Below the pieces are notes generated by a model. That model saw nothing but the letters and a program-made list of their open reading frames with translations, made no database searches and had not been told where the DNA came from. Positions 30,106 to 43,902 of a DNA stretch of 64,000 nt are shown here, one piece after another (the stretch's first letter is position 1; every line of letters starts with the position of its first letter). The stretch comes from a virus. Its lineage: Duplodnaviria > Caudoviricetes. Position numbers and translations under genes: made by a program. Location of the stretch: IMG/VR virus record IMGVR_UViG_3300029928_000003. One strand, written 5' to 3'.

Positions 30106-32417
30106 TTACATTCCTCCTATATAATATTATCGTTCTTCATTTTCTCGATCACATTAGAAATCTATCGATATACTCTACCTTTTTTAAATTCTAATCCGTT
30201 TTTATAATTAGCGACTGCAGACATAAATCCTTTACATACATCATAAATAGTTCCTTTATAGATAGTGTTTATATCATCTCCATTCATACCTTCAAATACT
30301 TTAGATAAAGCTTTATCTGTATTATTTTTGGTCTATTTCATTGCATCTGTCAGTTCTTCGCTTAATAAATCGGTACGTTTACCAGCTAAATAATCCCCGA
30401 ATAAAGTAGCGAAAACTTCTTCCTATATATCCATTTCAGATCTTCCTTTATATTTAGCTCTTACTTCTTCTTGTACTTTACCAACCCATTTATCTTTTTT
30501 TATACTAGCTATGGTATTTAATAACTTAACATAACCATCAAAATTAGATGCTTTTAACACTCCTAATAATAAGTGGGTATATTCATGAAATACGTCAGCT
30601 GAAGTGGCAGTATCTTGGTTTATATATACTTTGCCGTCTTTAATAAAAGCCCTAGTGTCTTCATCAACTCCCATATCCTTTGCTTCGCTATTAGTAATTA
30701 ATTCTATTTCCAGTCCTTCGTAAGTATCTTGCAATACTTTTATAGCCGTATTTAAATGTCCTATAATGGGCATAGGCCTTTGGGTTGCCGCATCTAAACT
30801 TACCCCAATATCTGTTATAGGTTCTAACTATAACATCTTATTTCCCTACTTAACTACATAATAATAGTTATAACCATGAACATCAGTTTTAGCATTAGAT
30901 AATTCTTCTAAAATACCTTTTATTAGATTATCTTCTAATTCTTCACCATAGTATTTATTAACTTGATTTTCAGTAGTATTACGTTTTTGTTTATCGTATA
31001 ATTTATAGATAAATAATCCCGCTAATTCAGGAGAATCTATTACTTCTTTTAATTTATCAAAAGTCTCAGATAGAACTCCACGCTCACTGAAATAGGTATA
31101 AAAATCTTCTAAAGTCCCGTTAGTTAATAGGCTATTATATTCCTAATCTATTGAGTCGTACTTTGTAAGGATAGTTTTATATTTCTTAAAAGTAGATTTG
31201 GCTGGATATAAGAAACTATTTTTTTGTAAGTATAATTTAAAAGGAGTATTAGCTTCATAATAAAATTCAGGAGAAAATACAGATAATTTTTTATCATACT
31301 GCTTACTGTCTATTCTCTATTTAAGTTCTTCTATAGAAGAGTAACTTTTAGCTGAAGTGTTAGGACTTAATAAGCCTTGGCTGTAATAATATTTAGGAGA
31401 TTCTTTAGACTATACATCTTTATAAATTATAAATCCTTTATATACTTCTTGCGGTACTAAGAATTTATCAATAGTATCATAAGTATAATTCTAAGTTTCA
31501 GATAAGGTAAATGAATTATTTTTGAAATATATAGTTGGAGACCCGCTAGAATTAAAATATATTGAAGAAAATTCTAATTTTAAAGGGGAATCTTTAATTT
31601 TATTAATTAATTCTTTGGCCGCCTATGTAAGCGTTTCTTCATCATTAGCTATTGTCTTAACTTCTAATAAAGCAGCTAATTCTTTTTTAGTTAAAGATAC
31701 AATATTGTTAGGATACTTCTATAAGAATGAATAAGTCTATGCAGCTAAAGGATTTTCAAAAGTTAATGCATTATCATTCTATAATTTTCTGCAAATTCCG
31801 TCTAATAAACCATATAAACCCTCATTAGATAGCTATGTTTTATAATGTGAATTGTTCTCTAAGAAATCTAATAAAACATCTGTCTAAGTCTTAGGGGTAC
31901 TATCATCAGATAATTTTATTTTATCTAATAAGTTAGCTAATCTTTCATTACCTTGAAATTTAGTTTTAACCAAATCTTTAGTTTTTAAGAAGGTGGCAAA
32001 CTATCTCATAGCGTAATTATTGTTTCTGACTATATAAGTACGTCTGCCCTAACTATCTTTATAAATCATATCTTTAACAGATGCTCCTTGAACTGCTAAA
32101 TTATTTACTAATAAAATACTTGGATTCTCTTTAAATTCGTAAGTACTTAAAGATCCCGGTAATAAAATTTTTATATTTTGGAAATTAGTGTTTCCAACTA
32201 TACCCTAGTCTTTTATAGTTTCTGCGGTAATAGGTTCATTTGTACTTTCTAAAGTTAATACCGCCTTGGATAGCTATTCCTATATTCTACTGTTCTATAT
32301 AAGAACTTTAGCAATTGAATCTACTGAAAGTTCTTCTAAATTTAAGGAAGTAGGGAGACGATCAATATCAATCGCCTCCGACTTTCCTTGTATATCAAAA
32401 GTTATTATACATCCCAT
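30102..32417 (-). CDS. Zincin-like metallopeptidase-domain cargo protein (~771 aa, TAG=Gln)
   Basis: Start MGCIITF (TAATG overlap), stop TGA; KVYIN...FHEYTH...EEVFA. Confidence 0.8.
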
Positions 32418-35400
32418 TAACAATCATATTTTAATAATATCTAACCTCTATTCATATAAGTATATAATGCTTCTGCAACTTCTTGTGCATTTTTAGATGC
32501 TAGTAATGTTCTTTTTATTTCATCCTTCGCATAGAAAGGCATTTTATAAGGAGCATAATCTATAAAAGCTTGATAAGCAGCTAAGTATCCTAATGGATTT
32601 TTTGCCCTATCAGTACTATTTACTAAAGTAATAGCCCCGTTATATTTACCATAAGATCTTCTTTTAATTATTCTCTAGCCATGTTCTATTTCTATAACCA
32701 TAGGAAATGTAGTACTATTTTCAGCTAATTTAGAAATAGTAGGTGCAATTCTATATAACGCATCATTAGTTGTATATCCAAATAATTTTAAATCATCAAT
32801 ATTTTCAATCTAATCATTTGGATCTGCGTTATAATCAAATTTACCTGTAGTTCTTAATATCTAAGTAATTGCAGAATCATCTTCAATCATATCAATAAAT
32901 TCGTTAAATATGGTAGTCATGCGATCTGAACCATATTGATTTTTATTTACCATATAATTGTAAAGCATAAACCAATCACTTAATGGTATTCCATTTAAAG
33001 TATATGATCTAAGTTTTAATAAATCGGTTAAACAATCCTGATATAATTTAGAATTACTTGGAGTAGTATCAATATTCTACATATCTAAGTTTAATCTTAT
33101 AAATGGTGACGAATCGTTCTAAAAATCTATGATAAGATTATCAATGAAAGCATTATGGCCGATCTATTTTTCAACCATTTCAGGATGCCCATTTTCATCA
33201 AGCACTAATTTACCATCTTCTGTCTTAACATCTTTATACGATCCAGATTGTAACTAAGGGAGAATCTATTCTTCCATTACTTTTTTAAATATTGCTCTAT
33301 GAGCTTCGATATCTAGTGATAATAATTCTGGGTATTCTTCTTTATAAGTACTAGGATAGAAATTTTTATCAAGTATATTGTAACCTGTAAATATGGGAAG
33401 TTGATAGTTTCCTTTTTTAAAAAATCTCAGACCTATTAAATCATCTGCATATCTACTTAAATTTTTAATCTAAGATTCATCTATTGTAGTATTAGGATAT
33501 TTATCATAAATATCTGCTAACATTAAACGGAGCATCTTAAATTTCTTTATATTAGTTTCAAACATACTAATTGCGACACTTAGGTTTTTCCATATTGCAT
33601 TATAATGTGGAAGTTTATCTGCAATGTCAAATATGTTCCAAGTATTTTTAATTAAATTATAAAAGTCTGATACGGCTTTTCTATAACCTGGTTCATTTTT
33701 TGCCCATCTAGCAAAATCAAATCGTTTTATAATATCAAAATCTTCTGCAGTTTGTACTATCTAAGTTACTACATCAGTATCTTCTCCAGAATATTCAGCT
33801 ATTATCTGTATAAACTTTTTAGCTTTTATGGGATTTTTATTAAAATCTAATAACCCCAAATCAGTCATTCTTCTCATTATAATCTTATTAAGATTATATA
33901 ATTTATAGAGTAGACTTTCTGGTTTAACCGCTATTCCCTGATTAAAACTTAATATGCTACTACCTAATGTACTTGTTTCTCCTGCTTGTTTATCTATTTC
34001 TTCAAATTCATATAAATCTTTAAAGAAATCTTCTCTACTTTCTTTAGGAATTAAACTCTTTACATATTCGATATTGTCACTAAGATTAAGTAATCCCCTA
34101 ATAGATGCATTATCTTGGTTATTAGAACTTAGATATTCAGACAATGGCATAATATCCTCACCAGATTTCCAAGTTTCCCAATAATCGAATAGTAAATCTT
34201 GTAATTTATAATAACCTTTGGGCTTCATTATAGGTTTGCCGTTCTTATCTTTTTTGGAACTAGGTTCTTCTCCTATAGGTAATGTGTGTAAGAAATCTTT
34301 TAATTTCTATAATTTACTTGTAGCAGAATTTGCTGCAGATATAGTTCTACCAGTTTCATAATCAGTAACAGTACCTGGTAAAAAATTATCTACCTAAAAA
34401 ATACCTTTTAATGTATTTACTGCTTGCCATACTTTACTTTCATAGTTATATTCATCATACATATTTCCTTTAGATAAATTAACTATAGCCTGTACGGCTG
34501 GGCTAGTCATAAAAGCTACAATGTCTTTCATATCGAAGCCCATCATTATTAAATGAATATAATCTTTAGCAAGATCTGTATTACAATTAATTTTTGCTAA
34601 TATAAGCTCTTTAGCATTCAATTTTATTATTCTTATATTTTCATATAAGTTTAGACTATATCTTAATTCAATATATTTGAATTCTCAGCACTTCGGATTT
34701 CTAAATCCTATTTTATTAAAATAGTCGTTGCACCATTGTATGGCTCAGAGATTACCCCAACCTTAAATCTTGTTACTATAGTAAGGTAATTATTCTTACA
34801 AGTAATTTAAGTTTTTAACAGGGCTTTTCCTGAATTCACTGAGTATTTTTATCCCACTGACTCTGCTTTTAAAGTGCCAAATATTTTTTTTACAGTGTTT
34901 TAAATCAGTGGCAGCTGATAACAGCTAAGAAATTAAGTCGTCTGCATATATTTCAGATCTATATGAATCTATTAAAGCATCATATTCCTTTTTATATGCA
35001 ATATAATTTGGGTCTTGATCTGAAATAGTTTTTAAACTTTCATTAGAAAGATTATATTTAAATAATAATCCCTACTATTTATAACCTAATTCAGTAATAG
35101 AAGCTAGTGCTTTTTCGCATCCTTCAAAATTAATATTTGCAATATGATCTACTGTTTTTGGTACTATATTTTTAGAATACCTACCCTATATTCTTGTATA
35201 AGTATGGCTAAATTTCATATTGTTTAACCATGTAGGATTATTTCTACGTAAACCTTCATTACAATACCAACTAACATTAAAGAATACTTTTTCACCTACT
35301 GCCGCAATACCAATAACCTATTTACCTACCATATTTTCTTCCTACATTCTAAATTTAGAAAGAGGATTAAATAATGATATTTTAAACGCAGCCGAACCAA

Positions 35401-38400
35401 GAGGGCTAGTATTAGCGGCTTCACGCATAATATCCATATTTACTGGAGAGTATGCCATATCCATATTTCTTGGATCTTGTATAATATCCTAAATATTATA
35501 GGATACTATATTACGTAGCACAGCTTCTAAATCTGATTGATTTATATTTGTAAGACTATGTATATTTAAATCGTTTAAGACACTATTTCCATCTACAGTA
35601 TCATCCCAAGTTACATAAGTAGTTAAACGCTTTGTTTTCTAATCGTAACTAATTTTATTATCTAACTAAACTAATAAATCAGCTTCTAATCTAAGCCTTT
35701 GTGCTTTGTTGATAGCTGATTCAATAGCTCTAATATTATCTGTAATATCAATTCCAGTATCCGCTTTCACAAAAGTAGCTCCTGTAGGTAATGGTAATCT
35801 CTGAGAGGCTCTTAATGTTTCAGGGGATGAGTAATCAAATAAATTACTCCATCCTATATATTTACCATTATCATCAAATTCTTGACCCATTATGTATGCT
35901 TTATCAATATCCGATTTATCTCATGTCTTTCAACACAAGTCCGACTATATCATCATTATATTAAAATATAATGTCTCGCACTTCGGAACCTGACTCTTGA
36001 AGTTTTATAAATTCTTCCTTAGTTAAATCTTTTCTTATCTTATAGAGAAAAGATGGAACCTGTTCTATGTATGGCTTTATTATTTTAATAAATTTTTCGC
36101 AGTCTAACTCAGAACTAGAAGCTATAGAGTATGTATTCCTACCCTCTTTAAAGGGTCTAAAATGTATACCCCATACTTCGTCGAAATAATTTATTATAGT
36201 TTTAATAGTACTATCATCAACACATGTTGCTATTTTAATAGTGTGTTGAATAGAACTTCTTTGTTTTGACGTATTAACATTAATACATCCATCATCCATA
36301 TACCAGATAGCTAATCCTAGAGGATTTAACCATTCTAATAGTTTTCTAGTAATAGTTTTCTTTGGAGTATAAACAGACCTACGTAATGCTTTTATTGTAG
36401 GAGTAAGTGACATTTGAGAATACAAAACACTTTTCCCAGTATTATATCCACATTTTGATATATATTCTTTTACTCCATTATTCTTGATTCCGTACTTGTT
36501 TAATAATCCCACTTTCCATTCCAAGTATTCTCTTTGTAATGGGGAATGAGAAAGCTTAAATACATAATTACTAGATATTGTCCCATCTCCTATCAATAGA
36601 GCTATTAATAAGCTCTTTTGTTCTTTACTAAGTCGAATAAATTTTCTTTTTGTCATATTTCGTTTAATAAAATTAGTTTTACTTAAACGAAAGTTCCTAC
36701 TCCCTTTCGGGATAGTCTGTGAACCTTCATCCTTATAAATATATAGATAATTTTGTCAACTGACAAGTCTTTTCTAAAAATATTTATCTAGGACGCTTGG
36801 CTGCGGATTGTCCAATCCTACATGCTTTTTACTATGTCAGCAATAGTTAGTTACTGCCTTTAGATGTATTCCTACTCTAAATTAGTACATATAGGCTCTA
36901 AGAAGTTCTCCGCAATTCACGAGATTTAAAGACTACAACTCTGTTTATAGTCTGAACCCTATAACCACGTCTAAAAATGGCTAACATAAGCTACATTTTT
37001 TTCACTTTCTGATAAAGCTACTAATTTCATCTACATAAACGATTGCAGGGTCTGTGCTGGAATACGAGAAGATATAAAGTATATTGAATTAGCAAAAGAT
37101 GAATATAATTCCTAAGCAAAAATATTATAATAGTCTACTAAGATATTATTATACTACTTAGCATACTCTGGATCTAACATAGTTTTCTTCTCTTGAAATG
37201 CCTTATCATATAAATTAATAATATTATTAAGGCAAGTCTTAAGAGTATTATTTACTTTTATATTAGGAATAATATCTTTTAATTGATTAAAAGTGCTTTC
37301 ACGTAAGTTAGTATTAAATCTAATTCCATTATAACTATCTATGTTATATAAATCAGAAATGATATTACTTATTCTTTTATCAATGTCTTTTTTAAATATA
37401 TTCTATACTTCTTTATTATTGATATTACCATTTGTATAATATCCAGCTTCTATAGAATCCCTATTAATAGAATAGACTGTAAAAGGTATTAATTCTTTAT
37501 TTTTACCTTGTTCAGTTATTTTATATTTTGATATATGTTCAAAGTACTTTCCTACCTTATCTCCATCTATTATCTTTAATCCCTAATCTTTAATATCTTT
37601 GTCTGTTAATATTTCTCCTTTACTATTCTTTATATTATTACCTTCTACAGAATAATTCTATAACCAGCTATAATGACCTACTTTTAGTAATTCTTGACGA
37701 TTTTTATCTAGGGCAATTACATCCCAACGTTGTCTTTGCGAGTCATATTCTAATTTAGTGCGCTTCCATCCTACATATTTAGGTGCTTTTGGGTCTAAGT
37801 TATTTACTTTAGGTCTAGTTAAAGTAATATATGTATTTCTACCATTATTCTTACTTAAAATAATATCGTACTTATCTGAATTAATCTAAGTAATTCTTCG
37901 GACTTTAAATACGTTTGGATTATCTAAGGCTTCAGCTAATGATTTATTTCCTAAATTAAATTTAGAAGCATATAGATTGGACATTACTAATTCGGCGGCT
38001 TCGTTTGTTAAATTGGTAATTTTATATCCTTTATAAATACCTTTAGCTAAGCCGTCAAATACTCTCTATACAGCTTTTCTATCCTTAGTATCTGTTAAGA
38101 AAGTATTTCGTACTTCTTCTGTATCAAATATATTAGTAAAGTGAGTATTTCCTTCATTATCCTAATACTCCCAACTAATCCTTGCTGGAGCTAAGTCTCT
38201 TGCTCTAGTAACATTCATAGCATATTCTATATTACCTACAATAGGCTATATAGTATCTGTTAATGTTCCATTTTTAGCAGCAATTCTTCCAGCTAAGAAC
38301 ATTCTTATATTAGCATCCCTTTCTTGTTCAGTAGGGTTTGGATTCGATTTGTTATAACCTTTGAATTGATAATAAGTATCAAGAGTATCTAAATTAATGG

Positions 38401-41400
38401 TATCTTTATATTCCCCATTTATATACACATTTACTACGTCAGAAGGTATAAAATCATTATTATTATCAACTTTTTCTACTGATTCCTATTTAGAATTTAA
38501 AAACTGTGCTATTAAAGCTTTATTATATTGAGTAATAGATTCTTGAGAAGGATCAAAATCATGAAATGCTTTAGTAGTACGGTTCCAACTTCGGGCTTGT
38601 TTTAGTACATCTTGTACTTGAAATATTTTACCATCATATTTATATTGCTATACTATATGATATGCTGGAACCATTACACATCCAGAGCCAGGGTACTTAC
38701 GTTTAATAGCTTTTTTATTAATTTCAGATATAAACGCAGTAGTTACTGTAGTGTATAAACTTGAATCGCTAAAAGGTGCTAGTAATTCATCTAATCTATG
38801 AGATGTATTTAAATTAAATTTCTTCTTTAATTCATTAACTATAGATCCAGCTAAATCCATATAGTTAGGTTTAGGTTTGTAATTTTCAATTAATACCCTA
38901 CCTAATAAATCATATAGTTCAGATCTAATTAAAGTTGTTGATAAATTACTATTCTAAGCTTGGATATATTTTGTTACTGCATCTATTTCTAATTTAGAAA
39001 CTAATACTGATAATTGTCCTAATGATTTATATACAAGTTTAGTTCTATCATGCAATCGTCCACCTGCTTCTAGAGCGGCAATAACCTATGAGAACTCAGT
39101 TAACTCAGCTTCATCAATAGTATGATCTGCGTCCATCTAGATCCCTAAACCATCAGTATCTAATGTCATATATCGTAAATTAGAAGAATCAGTCCAGGAA
39201 GAAGATGGGTTTATATTAGTAGCACCATTTTTAACAGCTGTATGATTAGCAACATAGTTAATCTACATTTCTTTTAATGGTTGATAAACTTCCCGCTAAT
39301 CTATAGTACTATAGTTTATATTTTTTGTCTGCTTAAACCCTATTGTATTTATAAAATCAACTACACCAAATGCGGCTACATCTGTATAATGCAACTCTCC
39401 ATTAGAATCTATTTCTTCAGCATAGATACCACCTAATGCATTATAAAGCTAAAATAATGAGTTAATTGTATGAGTTCCTTGTGGTGCTTCAACCACTTCG
39501 GTATTCATATCGGCCTTAACTTTTAGATGAGTTCCATCTGCTTTATAAAAATGATATACCTTATATTTTGATATAGAAACATTTCCCGAATCCCCTGATA
39601 TTGTAGTAGGTGCTTCTATAGTATAATAATTACCGTTAGCATCTCTTTTAAAGTCTAGTATTTGGTAGTGTCTGCCATTTTCTTCGTAGTATAATTTTCT
39701 ACCTCTTAATATCTAATCACCAAATACAATTTCTTTTCCAAGAAAGTCAGAATGGGTTAAATCGATTTCTTTCCTCTGTTCATTTGTCCAATTACCATTT
39801 TCATCTCGCCAAGCTTTATCAGTCATTTTCTTAAAGACATCATATAAATTAATATCATTATCTTTAAGAGAATTTCTCATTCGTTCAGCGGTTATTGTAA
39901 ATGTTGCAAATTTTAATAATACAGCTGACATTGTTCTTGAATCAAAATGATGCCAAATAGGTTTTTTATCTACCCCTACTTCCTAATCAAGTAATGCAAA
40001 ATTTTCTAATATAGAAGTAAATATATCAATTAAAGCACTACCATCATGAGCATCTTCTGTTGCAGAATCTCCTCTAAAATTATATATTGGAGCTTTAAGA
40101 TCTTCTATAACTGCAACATTCATTTTATGCCTAGGGCCTTTGATATTATTGCTCTATACATATTGTAAAGTTGCAGGGATAATTACATTACGTTTTAGCT
40201 AAGTACCCTAAGCAACATTAGTTATTTCAGTAACAGTCCTACTGTATACATTCTATACTACTCTGGCTATATTTTTATTCTTTATAGTCTAGATTTTCTA
40301 ATTTAGCCATACTAAATCATTTACTCTATCGTTAAATTTATAAGTACCATCTTCTAAAATTTCAGATAATTCTGGAACTTTATCGGGAGTAACATTAGCC
40401 TCAATTAATCTTTCATTAATATCTATTTTAGATTTATCTGGATGTGCTATTTCAGAACCAGTTAATTCTAATCTTAAATTATTAGCTAATAACGAATCAG
40501 TATAGAGATACTTTTCTAATAATGGATTAAGTTCTACGCTAACACCTTCTGGGATAGCTTCCCCTTGAATATATTCTTTACCACCAGCTTTAGCTAAAAT
40601 TAATTTATTATTCTTTACCCATTTTTGATAATAATCGGTCCGTTCAGCTGTCTTAGGAAACATTGATTCTATAATACTTTTTACAACATTTACAGATTGA
40701 GATTTACTTCCAGAATCATCAAAATTAGTTGTATAGAATATAGTATGTGAAGCAAGTAAATCATTAATAAAATTAACGCTTTCTCTTCTAAATATATCTG
40801 CTACAGCTTCGGGTGATTTTAGCATAGTACCCTAATATACTAAACTTTCATTCAGTTTACATCTTTTCTTTCCATTTATAGTAATAGCCCTATAATGAGT
40901 ATCTAACATAAGATCTACATGGTGCTGCTCAGCTAACTATAATAACTATTCAGGAGATAGTTTACTAATCCGCTCATTAATAGCTTCTACTGTGTTATAT
41001 TGTGGCCCAAATATCTTTGTATAATCAGATATAACATTATTTAATGCATTTTCATACGCTTTTCCTATAGTTTCTGAGAATAAGTCTATTAATTCTTCTG
41101 TATTTAATTGCCATATTGTTTTACCATTGTATGATTTACCCGGCATATTTAATGCCATATCTACCCTTACTGGATAAGTTACAAAAGAAACCTTATCGGA
41201 ATAAGTAGTAGGCTATATTAATACAGTGCCTGCTAATGGGTTCTTTTTAGCATTAAATTTTGAACCGTCCCAAGTAGGCTAAAAGAAATTACTATAAAAA
41301 TTCTATATAATAGACTGGTAGGATAATTCTCCAAGACTCATTTGTCTAGTATTTTTCTTAATACCAAATTTACTAGCAGAATCTGTATTAAATACAGGAT

Positions 41401-43897
41401 TAAGTACTAAATCATTAACTTTAGTAAACAATAGCGGAGTAGTAGCTTGCCCTTTTTCAACTTTCTCAGAATCTCTATATTTATTAATGTAATAATTTAA
41501 ATTACCTCCTAAATAAGAAGTTCTATTATTAGCAATAGCGTTATTATTAATATCCTTAGTAGTACTTCTAGAAATACTGCCAGTTAATATAGCTCTTGCT
41601 TCATTAAGATTATCGATCCACGCCGAACTCTAACCAAGTAAATAGATATCTGGAATACCTACTGCATTAGATCTAAATACCCCTTTAGGAATTCTATCAC
41701 TTTTAGGGAATCCGTATGAATTTAAGGCAGTAACTTTTTTACTTATATAATCTTTAAATTTTAATTTATCCCCAGAATATTCTGGATGAGTATTAAAATC
41801 ACTATATATTTTATCAATGGCTGTGGCTCTAACAGCATCAATAAGCATAGCATTAAGGAATGTACCCTATTGTGTATATCCTTGTTTATATAAGTATAAT
41901 GTATTTAAACCATTTTCAGAATAAAGATCCTAGTGTAGATAATCATCTAAGAATTGTAAAGTATTAACAAATAACTACTTTGCAACATCATTCTATGTAG
42001 GATTAAGTAAATCTTTTACATTTTCTATAGTACCTAAATCAATATCTTTAAACGCATCATTAAGTACCTTATTTAGATTAGCTTCAGTACTTCTATAAGA
42101 TTTATTATTAACTATAAATCGTAAAGTGCCGCTTCTATTAGTTGCTAATTGTTCCCCTGAAACATTTACTGCTATCTATACTTTAAGTGCTTGCCTATTT
42201 CCATTAGGATCCGTATATACTGTATTTAATAAAGTTACTGCTGCAGTACGGTTCTAATCACGTAATGTAACTTTGTATTTATTTAAACGTTTTTCTCTTG
42301 TTTCTTGTAAATCCCTAATTAGTCTAGTATTAATATTATTTATTACAGTGTATAAAGACTTAGTATCTGTATATTTCTTTTTAATAGATACTTGCTACAT
42401 ATTAGTAGCTGAACTGTATATAGACTATAAATAACTTGCTTCCATAGTTCTATCAGCTACTCCAGCAAGTACATTTAATTTAGGATAAGCAGTTCCAGAT
42501 AACCCTTTTTCTGTTATGTCTACTACATCAATTTTACCTAATTCTATAGCATATTTAGCAATAGAATAAAGAGTGTCTATATAATTTTGAGGAATACCCG
42601 CTTTTTTTGCAGCTTCCTAAAAGTTACTATTTATTTTATTACCTTGTATATCGTATATTGCCAAACACAACTATCTCATATAGTATGTTGGATTACTATG
42701 AAAGTTTAAGATTATCCTCTGTAAAGCTGGCCAAGAGTTAAATGAACTAGAAGTAAAAGCTTTCTAGAATAGTATAGAAAAAGCATTAGTAAAGTCATTC
42801 ATAGAACAGTTTTTACCTCGATAACCTGTTTCTGTGTATATCTTAATATCTGTGACAAGCAATTTAGAATATCTAGATATATCTTTTAATGCATCTCTAT
42901 TTTCTGAATTTAAATGATCTTTATGTTTATGGTCTGTTCCTATATAGAAATTATATTTTAAATAGTCTCTATCAACCTCACTTCCTTCAGTCCCTTTTAT
43001 AGGTCTGATAATATTATCGGTCATCTACTTTAAGCAATCATCAAAATATACTAAAGAAACATAAGAATTTAACGCCTAATAAAATAAGTCTGTATTTCCT
43101 GATATAGTCTTATACCAGCCGTTAGTTATTTTACTATCAAGTTCTCCTTTTTCTTTATATTCTGATAATAAATTAAAGAACTTATTAAGAGGAATAATAT
43201 ACTTAGAGTCTAGTTTTCCTTTAGTATTAAATACTCTTTTAGTCTCTGGGGTATAATTTTCATCTATTGATTGTAAATACTGAATAATATTATTGTAATA
43301 AGCATTCTTTAAGTTACATATAGAAATATTTAACTCTTCTGGAGTGCTAATACTTACATTATTCTTAGTGTCTACTATACATCTATGTAAAATTTCTCTA
43401 CCAAACTCATCTCTTCTAAATTTAGCTGCTTTTATATTAGTCCCATAAAACCCCTCTTCTATTTCTTGCAACTTCATAGCAGTACGAGTTTGTTCATTTG
43501 GCATATCTTCAGATCCTTCGATAGAAGGAGAATCAGGTTCCGTAACCTAAGTTACGGAAACCTTACCCTCTGCAATTTCTCCAAGATTTTTAGTTACTAA
43601 TTCTTTAAGATTAGCTTTCATAGTATCAGGTACTCCTTGCTATTCATCTATTCCCTAATTAATAAAATCTATTAGATCATATACAGACTTTTTAAAATCA
43701 GGATTATTAGTATCTTCTAAATTCCATTCGGCGTCTATTTTATCTTTGATAATCTTATCATATATTTCCTAAGCATTATCAGTACTTTTTGATCTTCTTT
43801 TTAAAGTTCTAAGTAATCTATCTCTAGTTTGAATATTTTTCTTATATGTATCTGAATTCTATTCTGCTTTTTTAAATAAATTTAATATACAACTCAT
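32417..43897 (-). CDS. Single-chain virion RNA polymerase (~3386 aa, TAG=Gln); exons 43897-36947, 35911-34904, 34618-32417
   Basis: All fragments in one frame; RIPAQ, GSDY|DIDK catalytic DxDxD, SAATD|NAKE restored on splicing. Confidence 0.88.
34619..34903 (-). mobile_element. ORF-less group I intron (285 nt) in RNAP gene
   Basis: GAT|TTAAAAC...AATTG|AAT GCT AAA; core elements GAATTCAGGAAAA, AATCTCTGAGCC, GGTGCAACGACTA, AAGATATAGTCTA. Confidence 0.88.
35912..36946 (-). mobile_element. Group I intron (1035 nt) in RNAP catalytic motif
   Basis: GAC TAT|AAACAG...AATCG|GAT ATT GAT AAA; GGTTCACAGACTA and GATATAGTCGG core elements. Confidence 0.88.
35961..36656 (-). CDS. Intron-encoded LAGLIDADG homing endonuclease
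   Basis: LLIALLIGDG and LAIWYMDDG motifs; intact 231-aa ORF. Confidence 0.9.
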   Translation of the reverse strand: MTKRKFIRLSKEQKSLLIALLIGDGTISSNYVFKLSHSPLQREYLEWKVGLLNKYGIKNNGVKEYISKCGYNTGKSVLYSQMSLTPTIKALRRSVYTPKKTITRKLLEWLNPLGLAIWYMDDGCINVNTSKQRSSIQHTIKIATCVDDSTIKTIINYFDEVWGIHFRPFKEGRNTYSIASSSELDCEKFIKIIKPYIEQVPSFLYKIRKDLTKEEFIKLQESGSEVRDIIF

Positions 43898-43902
43898 TTT
43901 AA

